From: Wallemia ichthyophaga EXF-994
Taxonomy: Eukaryota; Fungi; Basidiomycota
Assembly: GCF_000400465.1 (NCBI RefSeq)
Contig: NW_008806283.1
Location: forward strand, 20,001 to 268,000
Direction of reading: 5' to 3'
DNA: 248,000 bases
In this document: positions 12,991 to 25,549 of the stretch, piece by piece
How positions within the stretch are numbered: the stretch's first letter is position 1
Layout of the letters: every line of letters starts with the position of its first letter
The notes under the pieces: model-generated
Database searches by the model: none
The model's input: only the letters and a program-made list of their open reading frames with translations
Told to the model about the DNA's origin: nothing
Program-made: the position numbers and the translations under genes

Positions 12991-14798
12991 TTTAGGTGTT
13001 ATTAATTACTACACTTTGCACAGAATAATTTAATATTATCATTATAACGGTAAAACAGTAAAAACTCGAACACTCGAACACTTTCGCTCATCATCACTTC
13101 CTGAACAATATTTTCGATCAATTTTACTCCCTCGCACCTTTCTCACGACTTTACTCACTAACTCACGCTTAAAACGAACACTTGATTATTTATATCATGC
13201 ATAGCATTATTCCTTTCTCAGCCACCTCGGTGTTTTTAAGAGTCTAACTAGCCTAATTAGTCTAATAATACTAACCAGTTTAGCTTTAGTTATTTCAGCT
13301 TTATCGTGCAAGTTCAACCCTGCTAACCACTGATGATCTAGAGTTTCACATGTTTCACCAGTACTCCCTTCAGTCTATCCTGCTCATTGAATTCTAAGCA
13401 ATCGAAACCCAATGTAGTAAACGACTAACAGATGGAAGGTTTTATCTCTCAAAAGACCCAAGCTCGTTGTTTATAGTTTGCAATCGCCCACCAACATACA
13501 ATGCCAATCCTTCCATAATCGTCCACGGGATGTAATGGCTTACAATTATGAAGGTTTCCGTATCTGTATTCGTTTTAATTCGTTATAATCCCATTGGAAA
13601 AACTCATAAAGGCGCATCGACGTTTGTTTCACAGTGCCGGAAACGCTTCAACTTATCGTAAAGGTGATGCCTTAGTCTGGTATGAAAGGATGCCAAAACA
13701 GCGCTGCCGCTATAGTTGGATCAATATTAGGGGCACCTCATAGATCAATTTATGCCTTTCGATAAAAATCAACCTGAGACCTATGGAAGGTAAGCCTTCT
13801 GAATAAGAGCTTTTTACATAATGATGGATTTTGAGAGAAACACAACTAAGAAACGAGGAATAAAAAACTGATATTACAGTGCTTGTATATAAGACTCAAA
13901 CAGTATCTTTATCTTCCTTTTTGCTTAGGAAAATTTGCGCAAATTACATAAAACACTAAGCTACAAAAGACAAGCTACACATGACCTCATTAAAACTTCG
14001 TCTTTTTTATCTCTCTTCGTCATCAAGATGCTTGCTGTTGATGGCGGCTTGTAATTTGCTGTTGGGATGCTCAACAAATCGGATGGGGTGTTTGTGGTGA
14101 GTAATAAAAAGTCCTTGGACCTGTTCGGCATCTCCAGCGCACAATTATGGAGGTAAAAACCAGCTCAAAAAGCCATTCGAGCCAGTAGTGAAAATTTTCA
14201 GACTACTCACTCCTCCTTTCAGTCGAAATATTTCTCTCGTCTTACTTCGAGATATCCGAAATGAAGCGTACGGGACCCAATCCCAAATCATTCAGCTATT
14301 TGCACTGATAGTGTGCAACACTCCGCCCGTATATGATGACGTTCGCCCATTACAAGGTGGTTATAATATAACCGCTGATAACAGCAGCGACAGAACGAAA
14401 TTATACACATTTATTACGCAGATGGACAAGTTTATGATCTTCAAGTACGTAAATGACCAGCCTAGCTTTGCAATGGTACGAAGAGCTGCCCGAGTCGGTC
14501 AGAACGCAAGATTACTTCTGGGTGAAGATGAGAGGTAAAATGATGAATCGCTTCACGTTGTTTGACATTGGTACCAGACCTTCTGCTTGGAAGAAACGTC
14601 TACTTAACAGGAAATTTAACGTTGATGGCTCGTTGCTTGACACAGTATCAGAAACAAGGGATGAGCACTATACATTCGTTCCCAGGCATAGGCAAACAGA
14701 GTTTGCAAGTTGTTTCATCCAATACTGTAGCTTGTCTTAAGTTTTTTTTTTTTTCTCTGTTGATGTTCTTATTAAAGTGTATGAATACATGGTAAATC

Positions 14799-16306
14799 CT
14801 ATAAACGCTGAATATTGACCCCAAACAACATCCCTGCTCTCCTCAAAAGTGAAATTATGACGTAAGCAACAACAAGCTGCAGGGTGTAGAGCACCTTCCT
14901 CACCCAACTTTCATTCTCCTCTTCATTGTAATGCTTGATGTCGAGAGCGTATGTGATCTCCAAATCGTCAGTGTCACGCGAGTCAGTGACAGTCCACTCG
15001 CGCATAAATTCATCCTCCAGCTCACTCAGCTCCTCTATAAGGTTTGAGTTTTTCTCTATAGCTGCAATCACAGGCTCAGCGAGATCTGGTGAGCCCAAGA
15101 GTACGCTAGAGTGAATACGCTCTGTACCGCCTTCGATTAGCTTTGGCTTGCGCTTCACTGGCATTAAGGTTGTTAATTTGGATGTGTAGGGGTTGTGTGG
15201 TGGCTGGATTGCGTATCTGAATACAGGCATCGCGAGCTGTTCCATCAACACCTCTTTATTGAGAGAAATTAGTGGGTTTATTTGACTCTATGAAGGTGTT
15301 AGTTTCTGTTTATGCTATATACCCGTACTATGCTCACAGCGATCCACATTCTGCTTATATCAGATAATTCTTTCATCGAGTATGATCCGCCAATATCACC
15401 ACTACTGCCTGTGAACCATACTTGCTTGCATTTCTGACCCATATCTTCACTCCCCCTCAACAACTCCAGCCGGAGTTCGCGCTGATTGGCGCGGTTTTCG
15501 TTGAGAGCCATAGCGTGATAGCAGTGTTGGATGCGTTGGCCGAGGAGCGCATCCGGAAGACCGAAGTAGCTTTCTGGCCGGGTTATAATGGAATTGAATT
15601 TGGAAGTGATGCTGTTTGTTCATGAGATATGAACTCGAACATTGAGTTCAACCCACCCTGGCAGACTCGGGGAGGGTTTCACAGTGCAATCAAACAGTGC
15701 TAAGCATCTGATTACCGTTGAGTTAGACTGGAGTAAGACGAAATCCTCAACGACCCACTTTATGATAAATTGTTGCTCCAGGTGGCGTGTATTGGATGGT
15801 GATGATAGCAGCCATGGCTTGAGCACCTCCTCAGCCTCTGAGGCCACCTTCCCACCCCTCTTGCGCTCAAAGAAGGCCTTTAAAATTGGGAAAAAGCGTC
15901 TGAGCTGGTCTCGCGGAAGAATGCCAATTTCGTTGATAACAGCGGCGAGAATGCGAGCAACATATGCACCTTTGCTATATCCTAAAAGAAAGATCTCATC
16001 TTTGCCGTCTTCACTGTAATTCATGCAGAGAAATGCATAGAGCTCGAATAAGCAATTTGAGAAGGATTGATAAGCTACTCCGAGGAGCTGTGAGAGGAGA
16101 GAGGAGCTGAAGTGAGCCGTTCTATATTGGGCATATTGCATTACTGATGGCTGAGTGCGTTTATCGATTGTCTCAATTGATCGGAGAAGGTGGACAATGT
16201 TGGAATGATTGGGTGTGCTGGTGGAGTCATCCCAGGACCCATCTATACATACAATAAGCCTGTGCATTTGGTGGCAGTGGGTTATAAGGGAGTGTATGAT
16301 ATTCAT
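14799..16306 (-). CDS. DUF2235 (Tle1-like alpha/beta hydrolase) protein, multi-exon; limits approximate
   Basis: LIVCIDGSW, FLLGYSKGAYVAR, CLALFDC. Confidence 0.65.
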
Positions 16307-16872
16307 ACGCGTTTGAGAGGATTGCGCCGGATTTAGAAAGTTAATTTCATAATTTAGAAGAGATTTACTGTATAATTTAAATGCAGCTCACAATAACAGG
16401 TGTTGCTTAGAATTTATCCCACTCGGCAGTCAATACTCAAGGTAGTGATGACAGTGAAAATATTCAGAATACCCTAAACGACTTCTCTAATCTCCAAAAT
16501 CTTGTTCATTTGGTGTAAAAGTGTGACAACAGTAGCCACGTTAGAATGTCTTGGACCGCTCCAGGACACTCTCTCATATCTTACTTTTGAGATCAAAACG
16601 AGCTGTACCTCTGGTATGCTGTATGGCTTGCATTCCATTCTAATTGGAAGAGTATTCGAAGTAGTCAAAGAACTTTATAGCGTGTTTAATGTAATATAAG
16701 TTTTCAGTTTTTACGAGTAATCAAAATTTCACCAAGAGTTAGTGAGGAATGGTTGTTATTTATGAGGGTGATTCACTGTGTTGCTTTAGGGGGTAAGATC
16801 CATTCAACAGAGAATCAAAAAGCTAGTCAACCAATTTGATCATATGCTCACACACTCTAATCAGCACGCTCA

Positions 16873-18012
16873 TGTTTTACCCAAACAAAGAAATCGCGAT
16901 CGACGGAGAGAATTTTAAGGACAAGGCAGTCGTAGTGATTGGAGTTAATGCAGGTGTGTCTATGCGTTCAAGCTTAGAAGTAGTCCATTCAACGAGCACA
17001 CGAGCACAGGCTTAGGATTCGCCAATGCAAATACCTAGTCCAAAGAGGCGTAAAGAGGTTAGTGATTGGATTTCGCTCACTCGATAAGGCACATAAAGCG
17101 CGTGACGGGGCTGCTTGAGCTGAATAAGCAGACACACCCCTCATCATCGGTTCAAGTATGGCAAATCGACCTGGCTTCTCTCGATTTAGTAAAAGCGTTC
17201 TGCGATAAATGGCTGGGTCAAGTGGAAGAGCAGAAAGCAATCGATTTAATTTTCGCTAATGCGGGTCTGGCAGCGTTCAGCGCCAACCAATCAACCTGAG
17301 AAGATAGCCTCGGAATGACCTATCAGGTGGCGTTTAAGCTTCTATGCTCTTTTTGACACGTCTCCGGTCAGTATGATGGACTAAGCCACTTCGTTATCAT
17401 ACTCTCCCTCCTCCCCGCTCTCAGCTTGGCAAGTGACCCGCGAGTGGTGATGACTGGAGCGGCGGGGAGCAAGTTGGCCACCATTCCAGATCCACCGTGT
17501 AATAATCCATGCACTCCCCTGAAAGATACATACGCGATTGGATCAACCATCTGGAATGCAGTTCGGTTATATGCTGATACAAAACTGGGTGGGTGTTGAG
17601 AGGTTGATTATAGCTTCTCTAAAGCAACCCAAGTAATTGCAATGATTATTACGTATACAGGAAAGACTCAGAGTGCATCACAATGCTGCGTACAGGAAGA
17701 TTTTTATCGCAGTTTATAATCCAGGCTTGGTGGTGGGTAAGAGATTTCTCCAAGATGTCTTGAATGCTTACAAATGCGTTGTACAAGACAATCATCATCG
17801 ACAAAAGTCAAGACAGCGCTGCGTGGCTTTTCACAGCACCAATCAACTTTATCTTCAACACGTTGGCGATAGACACAGAGAGAGGCATGAGACCGGGACT
17901 GTATCTGGCGAGTACGCCCGCAGAAGCGCTCCCACTTGGCTGCTACTGGAATGAGAATGGCGAGGTGGAGTATGTCAATAACCAGCATGAGGACGAGGAG
18001 TCAAGGAGGTGA
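16873..18012 (+). pseudogene. Disrupted short-chain dehydrogenase, paralog of the gene at 96848
   Basis: KAVVVIGVNAG, VWQIDLASL, LIFANAG; extra G at 17107-17110 shifts frame; in-frame TGA 17297-17299. Confidence 0.7.
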
Positions 18013-18363
18013 GTGAGGAGATTTAGGTGGTGAATGGGAGCTCATCCTGTACAAAGGAGGTGTTATGAGAGGCTGATGCTTGATGGGAAGCTGGAACAAG
18101 ATGTTTTAGCTTTAGAAGAGGATAAGACAACGAGATGATGAATGATGAGATAATGAGATGATGAAACATGCATATATGTAAAACTGAACGTGACATTATG
18201 AGTATTTGACGGATAAGAGCCTGCATTCAGAATGAATTCAGCATGTGAAAAAAGCACGTGAAAAAGCACCTGAAAAACACCTGAAAAACACATGATGATG
18301 ACTAAATCAAGTGGGTAAATGTAAAGCCTCAACATACATAAGCGCTTGTATGTGCTATAGTCG

Positions 18364-20560
18364 ATGAGCATGCACATACTCAACAACATACTCATACTCA
18401 TACTCGCCACGACAGCGTCGGCGTGGACGACGAAATACAAGGAATACATCCACAGTCCATCGTCGCGCACAGTAACGCCGCAGAGCGTATATGGGATAGA
18501 GTGAGATATGCGAGCGAGCAAGCGAATAGACTGACAAAGCCATCACAGAGGCAATGTCACCAACCCACTCGGAATTCTCGGGGGTGAGGGCGCCGCAACA
18601 CTTTCAGGGGTGAATAGTACGATAGTAGTAGATTTCGGCTATATCACAGCCGGGCTGCTATCGTTCAACTATACAGCCGATTCGGCGAATCAGACGGTCG
18701 GCGTAGCATTTTCCGAGTCAAGCTACTACGCGACGCAGTCGAGCGACATGTCGATAGGGCTGAATGGGGAGGTAGATGGGTCGTTGCGAGTGGAGCTCAA
18801 TGGGACCAACGGCACGCAAGAGCAGTGGACAGCGGACGATCTGCATCTTCGAGGAGCGTACCGGTATGCGACGCTATTCATGGCCACGCCAGGTACAGTA
18901 GAGGTGAGCGGCCTATCGAACCAATTCACAGCTGCGCCGCAAGTCGATGAGGACAAGCTGCGCGAGTACTCCGGGTATTTCTACAGCGACGACGCGCTCC
19001 TCAACCGCATATGGTATGCCGCCGCATACACGAACCAGCTGTCGACAATCGGCGCGGGGACATCGCGCAACACCACCACCACGCCAACATCCAACTGGAA
19101 CAACAGCGAGCTGATAACTCCACTTTCCCCCTCCGATAGCGTGCTCGTCGACGGCGCTAAACGCGACCGCACTGAGTGGCCAGGCGACTTTGCTACGGCC
19201 ATACCACCCACGTTCCTCGCGAACAACAGGGATGGATTGGGGATGGAAGCGCTGCGCAACTCACTCCGCGCGCTTTATTCGCAGGTCAGCGCCGAGGGCA
19301 TGCTCCCGTACGCAGGGCCACCGCTGCTGAAGGGGCCGCAGTCGTACACGTACCACCTGTGGACGCTGAGTGCGACATACGCGTACTGGAAGCACAGCGG
19401 GGACGATGATTTCGTGAAGGGATTATGGGACGTGTTTGGTCGCGGCGTGGACCTCGCGCTGGAGGATGTGGAGCGGGGCGCAAACAAAACGGGGTTGCTG
19501 GATGTACCCGAAAGCGCTTCGTCGTCGTGGGGACGCAGTCCGACCGCGGGACACGACCTCACTGCGAATGCCAATCTGTACCATGCGCTGGAGTGCGCGG
19601 GGAAGCTGGCGCGCGCTCAACAGGACGGACGAGGCAATGCAGTGGGAAGAGCACATGGAGCCGCTCAGCAACGCTATCAACACCCATCTGTGGGACGAGG
19701 AGACGGGGCTGTATATGGACAACGACACGGAGGCTGGTCACTCGCTCTATCCTCAGGACGGCAATGCTGTAGCTGTGCTGTATGGCGTCGCTGATGCAGA
19801 CAGAGCACAGACAGTGAGCTCGGCATTGAAACAGCGCTGGAATGACCACGGTGCCGTCTCCCCAGAAGGCCTAAGCGCCATCTCGCCCTTCGTGTCGGGA
19901 TTGGAGGTGTCCGCACACGTGCAGGCTGGTGAGTGGCTTGTGTGCTCATTTGCAGTGCTAACACCACAACCACCCGCAGGAAACATAACCAACGCACTCG
20001 AATTGATTAGGCTGGAATGGGGATATATGCTCAGCGCCTTCTCCAACTCGACGCTGATTGAAGGTTTCTACCACGACGGGACACTGCATTACCCGTTCTA
20101 CGGCTCGCTCGACAGCTACATCTCACACGCGCACGCATGGTCGACTACACCACTAGCCACGCTCACGCAGGAGGTGGCTGGGCTGAGAATAGGCGATAAT
20201 CTCACGCGGTGGGAGTACGCGCCGCAGAACACTGACCTCGAGTTTGTAGAGACAGGCTTCGCGGTGCAAGGGGGAGAGATCAGGGCTAGAATGAGAGGCG
20301 GTGGTGGAGTGGTAGCGTATGAGCTGCAGGCGCCTCAAGGGACCAGCGGGTCGATTAGGGTGCCTGTTGCGGACAATGGCACTGTCTCAGTCGACGGAAA
20401 GAGAGCGAATGGTGAACGCGGCAACGGGAAAATGCTGCTGGAGGATATTCAAGGGGACGGACAGGTGATGGAGATTGTGGTGGCTGACATGGGCAATTTT
20501 GCAGCCAATTGGTCTAAGCAGACGGATCCAACGCGGGAGGAGAGTGATGCGTTTGCGTGA
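18364..20560 (+). CDS. Secreted GH78-type alpha-L-rhamnosidase; frameshift at 19609-19616
   Basis: Signal peptide exon MHILNNILILILATTASA; VVDFG, LVDGAKRDR, SHAHAWST; two overlapping ORFs join at a (GC)4 run. Confidence 0.8.
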
Positions 20561-20574
20561 AGGCTGATAGTGTA

Positions 20575-20665
20575 AATGATGAATATAAATGATGAAGAAT
20601 ATAAATGGAATATAAATGATGAATATAAATGGATAAATGGATAAATGGATAAATGGATAAATACA
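20575..20665. repeat. Tandem AT-rich repeat (ATAAATGG / GAATATAAATG units)
   Basis: Read directly downstream of the GH78 stop. Confidence 0.8.
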
Positions 20666-20923
20666 TGAAATAGTCCACGCGAGTCAAATTGTATGGCCAC
20701 AGGCTAGCACAGGCAGGAGGAGGAGGAGGAGAGAAATAAAAAGAGTAAAGGTCTAGAGCCCACCTGCTACGCCTAGAAATACAAATTAAGAAAAAAGTTG
20801 GAATTGAAAATATGACGCCTTGTTCAAAAAAACTTTGCCCGATTCACAATTCTTGCTCAGCGACCGTCAAGAAGGTGAGTAGGAATGGTGAATAATTGCG
20901 CATAAATTAAGAAAACCCGTAGA

Positions 20924-21514
20924 ATGCCTGGTGTCAGCCATCAACACAAGTATTCAGAGTATCTCGTCGTTGGACGCAGACTTCCGACCGAAGTCGATCC
21001 AACGCCAAAGCTCTACAGAATGAGAATATTTGCACCAAATGAGGTCGTTGCAAAGTCACGTTTCTGGTACTTTGTTGGACAGTACAGAAAGATGAAGAAG
21101 GGTACTGGTGAGATTGTTTCTCTCAACGTGATCAGCGAGAAGAAGCCACTCAAGCCAAAGAACTTTGGTATCTGGTTGAGATACGATTCACGTTCTGGTA
21201 TCCACAACATGTACAAGGAGTTCCGCGAATTGTCACGTGTTGACGCTGTTCAAGCTCTTTACCAGGACATGGCTGCCAGACACAGAGCTCGTTTCCGTTC
21301 TGTACAAATTCTCCGTGTTGCTGAGATCGAGAAGACTGAGGACATTCGTAGACCGTGAGTTTGGTGTTTGACACTTTAAAACTGAGTACTTAACAACTTT
21401 TACAGATACATCCGTCAACTCCTCACTAAGAACCTCAAGTTCCCACTCCCTCACAACAGAAACAAGAACTACAGATCTTCATTCCAAGCTAAGCGTCCTT
21501 CCACCTTCGCTTAA
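20924..21514 (+). CDS. RPL20: 60S ribosomal protein L20 (eL20)
   Basis: [41 protein letters not shown]. Confidence 0.95.
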
Positions 21515-21815
21515 GCCATGTGTTTGCGCTGTTGCGGTCAAGGGCAAGTCTTTTGTGAACTGGTTAATATTACTTTGAATCGAATTAGTTTGCAGGGGTT
21601 ATGTTAGTGTGAAGGGTGTGCATTAGAGGTTTAAAGATTTGTGTAACGTGCATTTATGTACTGTTCTGAGACAAGTATGAAAAACTTGAATTTCAAATAT
21701 TATAGCACATTCAATATAAACTCAATCATCACAAAACATGTCTGTAACATATGTATATGGATGTAACAAAAGATAGCAAGCCATAGACAGTCTGCAGAAG
21801 TACACAAGCACCCCG

Positions 21816-22379
21816 TTAAACCTTGAAAGCACGAGACTTACGACGACCACGGGCGATTTCTTCCTTCTTACCCTTGGAGATGGTGTATGGCTTCTTGTGC
21901 TTGTGAGGACCGAAGCCGAAGTGGCGGTTAGCCTCTCTAGCCGTCTTCTTACCACGGAGGAGGATAACGTTTGAGCCAGTTGGAGCTCTAAGGGCGAGTT
22001 GGTCGAGAGTGAGGCATTCACCACCAGCAGCTTCAATACGAGCGCGCGCAGTCTTAGTGAATCTGAGAGCTGCGATTGAGAGCTTAGGAATTTCAAGCAT
22101 ACGGTTGTCATCGGTGACAGGGCCAACGTTGACAATGGTAGCACCTTGCTTGGCTTGTGGGTAGTTCTTGCTCAAGTAAGCCAACTTTGAGATTGAAAGT
22201 GGTGGCTTGTTGACCTTGGACATGAAGAGACGACGGAGAACAACCTTGTTGAACTGGCTGTCTGTGCGGCGTGCAAGGAAGCGGAAGAGACGGACAAGCA
22301 AGAGGAGGTATGGATCCTCGCTCTTTGGCGCTGAACGCTTGCCCGACTTGACGTGGTGACGGCGGATATCAACACCCAC
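21816..22379 (-). CDS. RPL18: 60S ribosomal protein L18 (eL18)
   Basis: MGVDI...[24 protein letters not shown]. Confidence 0.95.
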   Translation of the reverse strand: MGVDIRRHHVKSGKRSAPKSEDPYLLLLVRLFRFLARRTDSQFNKVVLRRLFMSKVNKPPLSISKLAYLSKNYPQAKQGATIVNVGPVTDDNRMLEIPKLSIAALRFTKTARARIEAAGGECLTLDQLALRAPTGSNVILLRGKKTAREANRHFGFGPHKHKKPYTISKGKKEEIARGRRKSRAFKV

Positions 22380-22637
22380 TGGATTTTGTTAATCAGAGTG
22401 CTTTACTCTTAATATTCCACTCACTCTTCCTATTTTATGCTTGACAAGGCGAAGAGAGAAGTATGTCAGATTTGCGAGTAGGATGCGAGTTGAAAAAATT
22501 AATATTTATCCTAGGATTTTTAGTAGTGAGGGGGCTTCAAAAAAACAAGGGAATTAAGAATAATTGGCTTGATTTGTTTGTGCCCTGGTTTAGCCATTTG
22601 AACCACCTATCCACCTCACAGCGACTACCATCACCGC

Positions 22638-23867
22638 ATGTCTAAACGCGGCTCAGATACACAGGCACTCACGGCTAAGCGTGTCAGGAGCGATGAAATG
22701 GAGCAGCAACTGGGTTTAGACGAGTCACACACCCACCAAGTTGCTCTCTCCAAGAAGCACGACGACGACAACGCGCTGATTAGAAGCGTACACCGCACAT
22801 CCAAGCTATCGGCGCCTATTATAAAGCTCGATGGGTGTCACACCGGTGAAATAACCTCGGTTAAATTCGACATGACTGGAAACACAATAGTCGCAGCTTC
22901 TGCAGACAAGTCAGTCAGCCTATGGAGGACATACACGGATAATGCAAACTACGGGTACATTCCACATGCACACAAGGATGCTATTACCTCTCTAGTCCTC
23001 TCACATACTTCACCCTCCGATCCACTCATCCTCACCGCCTCAGCTGATTCCACGATTGGTGTGTGGCAGGCTTCGACGGGAAAGCTGGTGAGGAGGCTGA
23101 GAGGGCACAGCGACGTCGTCAACGTACTCGCCGTATCCAGAAACAACCTCCTTGCTAGTGCTGGTGACGATAACAAAGTGTTTATATGGCAATTAGACGG
23201 CGATGACGGTAACGGTGATAGAACACCACCTAAACACCCCGTTCATACCATTACCTGGAACGCTCCCGTTATTGCGCTTGAATGGTCAGACGATGATTCG
23301 ACGCTGTACATTGGCGGGTTGGATAACCAGATACATGTGAGTGTGAAACGCCTAAAATGAGTGTAACTCACCTGACTCACCTTCTCGAGGCTCACAACCT
23401 CTCCTCCCACTCCACACTCTTCTCACTCACCGGTCACACAGACACAGTCACCTTCCTACGCCACTCACCTTGCTCGCAACACCTGATATCCTGCTCGAAT
23501 GACTCGTCAGTGCGTATCTGGGACGTTAAGCCTTTCACAAGCGACCCTACCAGACAATATAGAGTGCTGCACGGTGCTGTGTCCTCGTTCGAGGGTGTGT
23601 ACTCTCAGCCGGCGTGGAGTGCAGATGGAACACGCGTAGCTGTTGGTAGTGCTGACCGCACTGTCACTGTGTGGAATGTAGAATCTGGCGATATCCTTTA
23701 TAAGGTGGGTGTAATGCTTTGTTGCGCGTGTTGCGTTTGCTAACCCTCTGCTATAGCTACCCGGACACACTGGCACCGTTGGCGCTGTCGATATTCACCC
23801 AACCGACCCTGTCATTGTCTCTGGCGGGAAGGATTGCAGGATGTTTCTGGGCGAGTTGATGAGCTGA
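22638..23867 (+). CDS. WD40 protein, U5 snRNP 40 kDa-like
   Basis: RTSKLSAPIIKLDGCHTGE; GHTDTVT, WDVKPF; multi-exon. Confidence 0.75.
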
Positions 23868-24378
23868 TGAATGGTGTCTCATGTGGTATACGTGGTATAC
23901 TGCGTACTGTCAACGTCAATGTGAATGTAAATGTAATTTATTGCGTTATTGCGTTATTGCGTTATTGACTTGTGCTTTCTACTATTTCTTCTTTCTGCTT
24001 ACATCATCACGTGACTCGAGTGGTGATACGAACAACATGCACTCGAGACATCTGTGTGTGTATGTGTTTTCCTTCTTGTGTACCTCTGCATAATTCTGCG
24101 TACTTTTGTGTCCACTCAACGTCACTTCTACGTACCTTTACCTCTGCAACTTTGGTACACCCAACTTCACTCTCTACTTGCACTTATTCACTCATCTCAT
24201 CTTCAACTTGATCATGTATATGTACTACTTGAGTCTTGTTTCTTGGTCAATCAACAGAAACGGATTAAATATTTTACTTGAATTGAAAAAGCTAGAAAGG
24301 GTGGGTTGGGTTAGTTGGAGATTAACGACTTGTAACAAATTTTCGTTTCTTGCATTTATTCATTTTTCACACTACCAT

Positions 24379-25367
24379 CTAATCGCGCATTGGGGAAGGG
24401 GAGTAGCGACGAGGAGGAGGAGAGCGACTGAAGCGGCGTGGAGGAGGAGAACGTCTGGCATAACCACCGCGTGGAGGAGGGGATCTAGAGCGAGGTCTAC
24501 CGTAACCACCTGCACGTGGTGGTGGTGGCGAGTAGTCGCGGTAGCGTCTTGGTGGGGGAGAGCGTGAATAGCGGCGTCTGGGTGGTGGGCTGCGTCTGGA
24601 GCCTGAACCTCTCCAGTCATCGCGGTCGTAGTAACCACGACGAGGAGGAGGACGAGGAGGAGGACCACCACGGTATCCACCACCACCACCGCGTGGAGGA
24701 GGGCGATCGAAGCGACGGTCGTCGAAGCCTGTCAAGAGGGTAAATTAGTGGGTTACCCAGAATAAAGACCTAACACACGTTTAACACCCATATATTGACC
24801 AGGAGTTGGAGAGTGTGGACGCTTAGTTGCACTAAAGTCAACGCGAATGTTACGACCGTGAATTTCAACGCCATTTAAAGCTTGAATGCACTTGTCTGCG
24901 TCTTCGATTGAGGCCATTTTAATGAAACCAAAGCCACGAGAGCGATCAGAGCGTTGGTCGTATACGATTGTAACCTTGTCCACTCTACCAAATCGATTGA
25001 ATTCATCTTCTAAATCGATTTCACGTGTTCTAATCGATAAACCGAACACACCAAGTGTTTCGTTAGGTTCTGGTGGGTTTTCATTGCGGCGACGTGGTGG
25101 AGGTGGGGAAGGGCGTGGAGGAGGGGATGGAGAGCGTGGTGGAGAGCGTGGAAGATGTGGTGACTGTGGCTGTGGATTTTGAGTACCTGGAGCGCCCTGA
25201 GTGCCTGGATTATCCTCTTGCTTAGACTCCTCCCAGCCATTCTGAGTATCATCACCCTTGAACCCCCAGCCATCATCATCCTCATTGTTCTCCTGCTTTA
25301 AACCCCAACCAGCATCCTCCGCTTGATTTTCTCCCTTGAACTCTTCACGTATTTCAGTGTCAGCCAT
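24379..25367 (-). CDS. Transformer-2-like RRM/SR protein
   Basis: LGVFGLS...RSRGFGFI, RVDFSATKRPHSPTPGQYMG; RS/RP-rich tail. Confidence 0.85.
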
Positions 25368-25549
25368 TTAGTAGATGATGGTGGTTAGTGAGTAAGAAGG
25401 GAATACATATTAAATAAAATAAAATTGAAAAATGAATAAAAATATATAATTATATCTGACAGCTGTCTTGAGCTTATTCTTCTTGGAATTGTCTTCATCT
25501 CCTTCATCTCCAACCACCACGACCGACACCACGGCTTTGCCAAATTAAA

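Noticed and set aside
17297-17299. In-frame TGA as selenocysteine or readthrough
   Set aside because: The same gene also has a frameshift and the codon is not at a Cys site; a pseudogene is the simpler explanation.
18364-20560. GH78 as a bacterial horizontal transfer
   Set aside because: It has spliceosomal introns and a signal peptide, and the family is common in fungi; high GC alone is not enough.
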